This document shows positions 62,432 through 64,000 of a stretch of DNA of 64,000 nt, in pieces. Position 1 is the first letter of the stretch. The number at the start of each line of letters is the position of its first letter. The notes below the pieces were generated by a model. That model worked only from the letters and a program-made list of their open reading frames with translations. It was not told the DNA's origin and ran no database searches. The stretch comes from Nostoc sp. DedSLP01 (GTDB lineage: Bacteria > Cyanobacteriota > Cyanobacteriia > Cyanobacteriales > Nostocaceae), in assembly GCA_034530875.2 (NCBI GenBank), contig JAVRCJ020000011.1, positions 32,001-96,000 of the forward strand. Reading direction: 5' to 3'. Made by a program: the position numbers and the translations under genes.

Positions 62432-63271
62432 TAATTTTTTCCCAGCTAGTTTGATTGTTTAATTTGTAATCGTTGCAGTTTTACTCAGGATATTTAAGTC
62501 AGCTTTTATTTTTGGTAATTAATACAAAAGCTAAAAAAACGAATTTATCAAAATCGAATCAACACGCCATTCTATAAGGCTCTATTTGAGCCTAGCTAGT
62601 AGATAAATCTATCTTGAAATATTGCGTAAATATTCTTTAATATTTACTGTACAAACATTTGAGCTTCTTCAATAAGTAGCCCATTTAAATATTCCACTAA
62701 TTAGTTTTACTTTTATTAGTGCAGTAAAGTTTAGTCTATTCTGATTTTTGAATTATTCTTAATCTTGGCTCTAAATATGACCTGATTTATACTTAAATTT
62801 TATATTTTTTACCTCGATTAAAAATGTTTATGATTTTAACTTGTTACTGAAGTGTGGGAAAAAATAAGTAGTACACGCAGATTTATCATTTATCTATGAC
62901 TTACTTAAGTATTTTTTAATAAAATTAGAAAAAAAATAACTGTAATTCCCCTGAACTTAATAAGCAATTTTGCAATAAATTATACAACGTATTAATTAAT
63001 ACAGTAAAACATAAAGAGTGTGAATTATTACTTGCTGTTTGTTAAAATTTAAGTAAAAAGACTAAAAAGTTTATATTTAATTACCCAAATAATTTATAAA
63101 TTAAAGTACTAAAAAACACTCAGTGATTAAGTACTTGCATGACAAATGTTATGAAACTATGACATTAATAGTATTAACAGCAATCTGATTTGTTAGTTTA
63201 AAAAAAATCATTGCGGCAGTTACAGTATTTTATGGGTCATGCTAAGTGGAAAAACTGATGCAATTTTTGTT

Positions 63272-63313
63272 GTAACAATTATTACTTTAAGCAAACCATA
63301 AAAATAATATCAT
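63272..63313 (+). promoter_or_regulatory. Putative NtcA-activated promoter
   Basis: GTA-ACAATTAT-TAC (63272-63285), a 22-nt spacer, then TATCAT (63308-63313). Confidence 0.5.
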
Positions 63314-63332
63314 TTTTTGTTACTTAAGATCG

Positions 63333-63533
63333 ATGCTAAATAATAAAATTTATGCATTAGGTTCCGATAAATCAAATTATAACTTCCATTCCAAACCAAA
63401 CACAGTTAGAAAGCATTTTTTAGATGGGGAGTTTGAGGATTTCATGAAGCCAGTTTTCGATATCTTGATGCTTACCATAATCAAGGCGTCGATCGCAAGA
63501 GCAATCGTAATTTTACTGAAACAATTGGAGTAA
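63333..63533 (+). CDS. Putative small protein (66 aa; alternative 29-aa start at 63444)
   Basis: ORF starts just downstream of the NtcA-like promoter; hydrophobic C-terminus; GAGG precedes ATG 63444. Confidence 0.4.
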   Translation: MLNNKIYALGSDKSNYNFHSKPNTVRKHFLDGEFEDFMKPVFDILMLTIIKASIARAIVILLKQLE

Positions 63534-63562
63534 AATTACTTAGATAAAGAATTTCAAGCCTT

Positions 63563-63592
63563 GTAGAGGCGTTGTAGTGCAACGTCTCTACA
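63563..63592. repeat. GTAGAG-ACGTTGCA-type palindromic dispersed repeat
   Basis: TGTAGAGGCGTTGTAGTGCAACGTCTCTACA, same family as the palindromes near 3714 and 33640. Confidence 0.75.
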
Positions 63593-63681
63593 ACGATAAA
63601 TCAAGAGTTTTAGCGTTTAATCCACATAATGCGTAATTTTGAATTTTGAATTGGAGCAAAGCAACTTGACACTTTCTTTAG

Positions 63682-63999
63682 CTATCGTCCAACGGCAGCT
63701 TGATATAAAGATTGGATAGTTAGTCCATCGGTGGGATATTCAGCTACAGCAAAATTACATGTTACCTGAAAGCGATCGCCATCAAAAGCGGTAAAGATTT
63801 GCTGGCGTAAAGTAGTTAAAATTTCACTCAGGCGATGGTTGATTTCTGTTTTTGTTAACCCAGAAATTCCCACTACAAAATCTCCGTTACCCCAATAACC
63901 TAGCACTTCACCGCTACAAAATGTCGATTGAAATAAACGACTCCATCTTTGTAATACTTGATTGCCAGCTTCATGACCATATTTAATATTAATTTGGCG
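63682..63999 (-). CDS. C-terminal degenerate GGDEF domain of a gene starting beyond the window
   Basis: INIKYGHEAGNQVL...LGYWGNGDFVV...VAEYPTDG...LYQAA; the GGDEF motif is replaced by GNGDF. Confidence 0.8.
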   Translation of the reverse strand, partial: RQINIKYGHEAGNQVLQRWSRLFQSTFCSGEVLGYWGNGDFVVGISGLTKTEINHRLSEILTTLRQQIFTAFDGDRFQVTCNFAVAEYPTDGLTIQSLYQAAVGR

Positions 64000-64000
64000 T

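Overview
This is a 64-kb chromosomal window from a filamentous, heterocyst-forming cyanobacterium (Nostocales). The assignment rests on dense HIP1 (GCGATCGC) sites, heptameric STRR arrays, and ocp-frp, patD next to relA/spoT, and many pentapeptide-repeat and Uma2 genes. From left to right it contains: two GT2 glycosyltransferases and an HpsU-like acetyltransferase; a SnoaL/MDR/hydroxylase/cyclic-amidohydrolase block; Uma2 with a DUF433-PIN toxin-antitoxin pair; ocp-frp; tenA; an RCCR / atypical nitrilase / aldehyde dehydrogenase block; aroA and hisS; LysR-GST-GNAT; a higher-GC AraC-ADH-AKR island; TPR and pentapeptide proteins; relA/spoT-patD; TetR-MFS; cysH, sbcD and nfi; two FHA proteins; and a sensor kinase. 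The strongest candidate for an undescribed system is at the right end. It is a stand-alone NRPS-like enzyme (A-MT-T-R, no C domain, pocket code DAEDIGTVVK, suggesting a basic amino acid) followed by an NNMT/PNMT-family (GntF-like) N-methyltransferase, which may be a two-gene N-methylated alkaloid or amino-alcohol pathway. Manual reading also found pseudogenes, many MITEs, two small ORFs with plausible expression signals, and several operator or promoter motifs. No rRNA, tRNA or CRISPR array was seen. All family calls come from motif recognition by eye, not from database searches.
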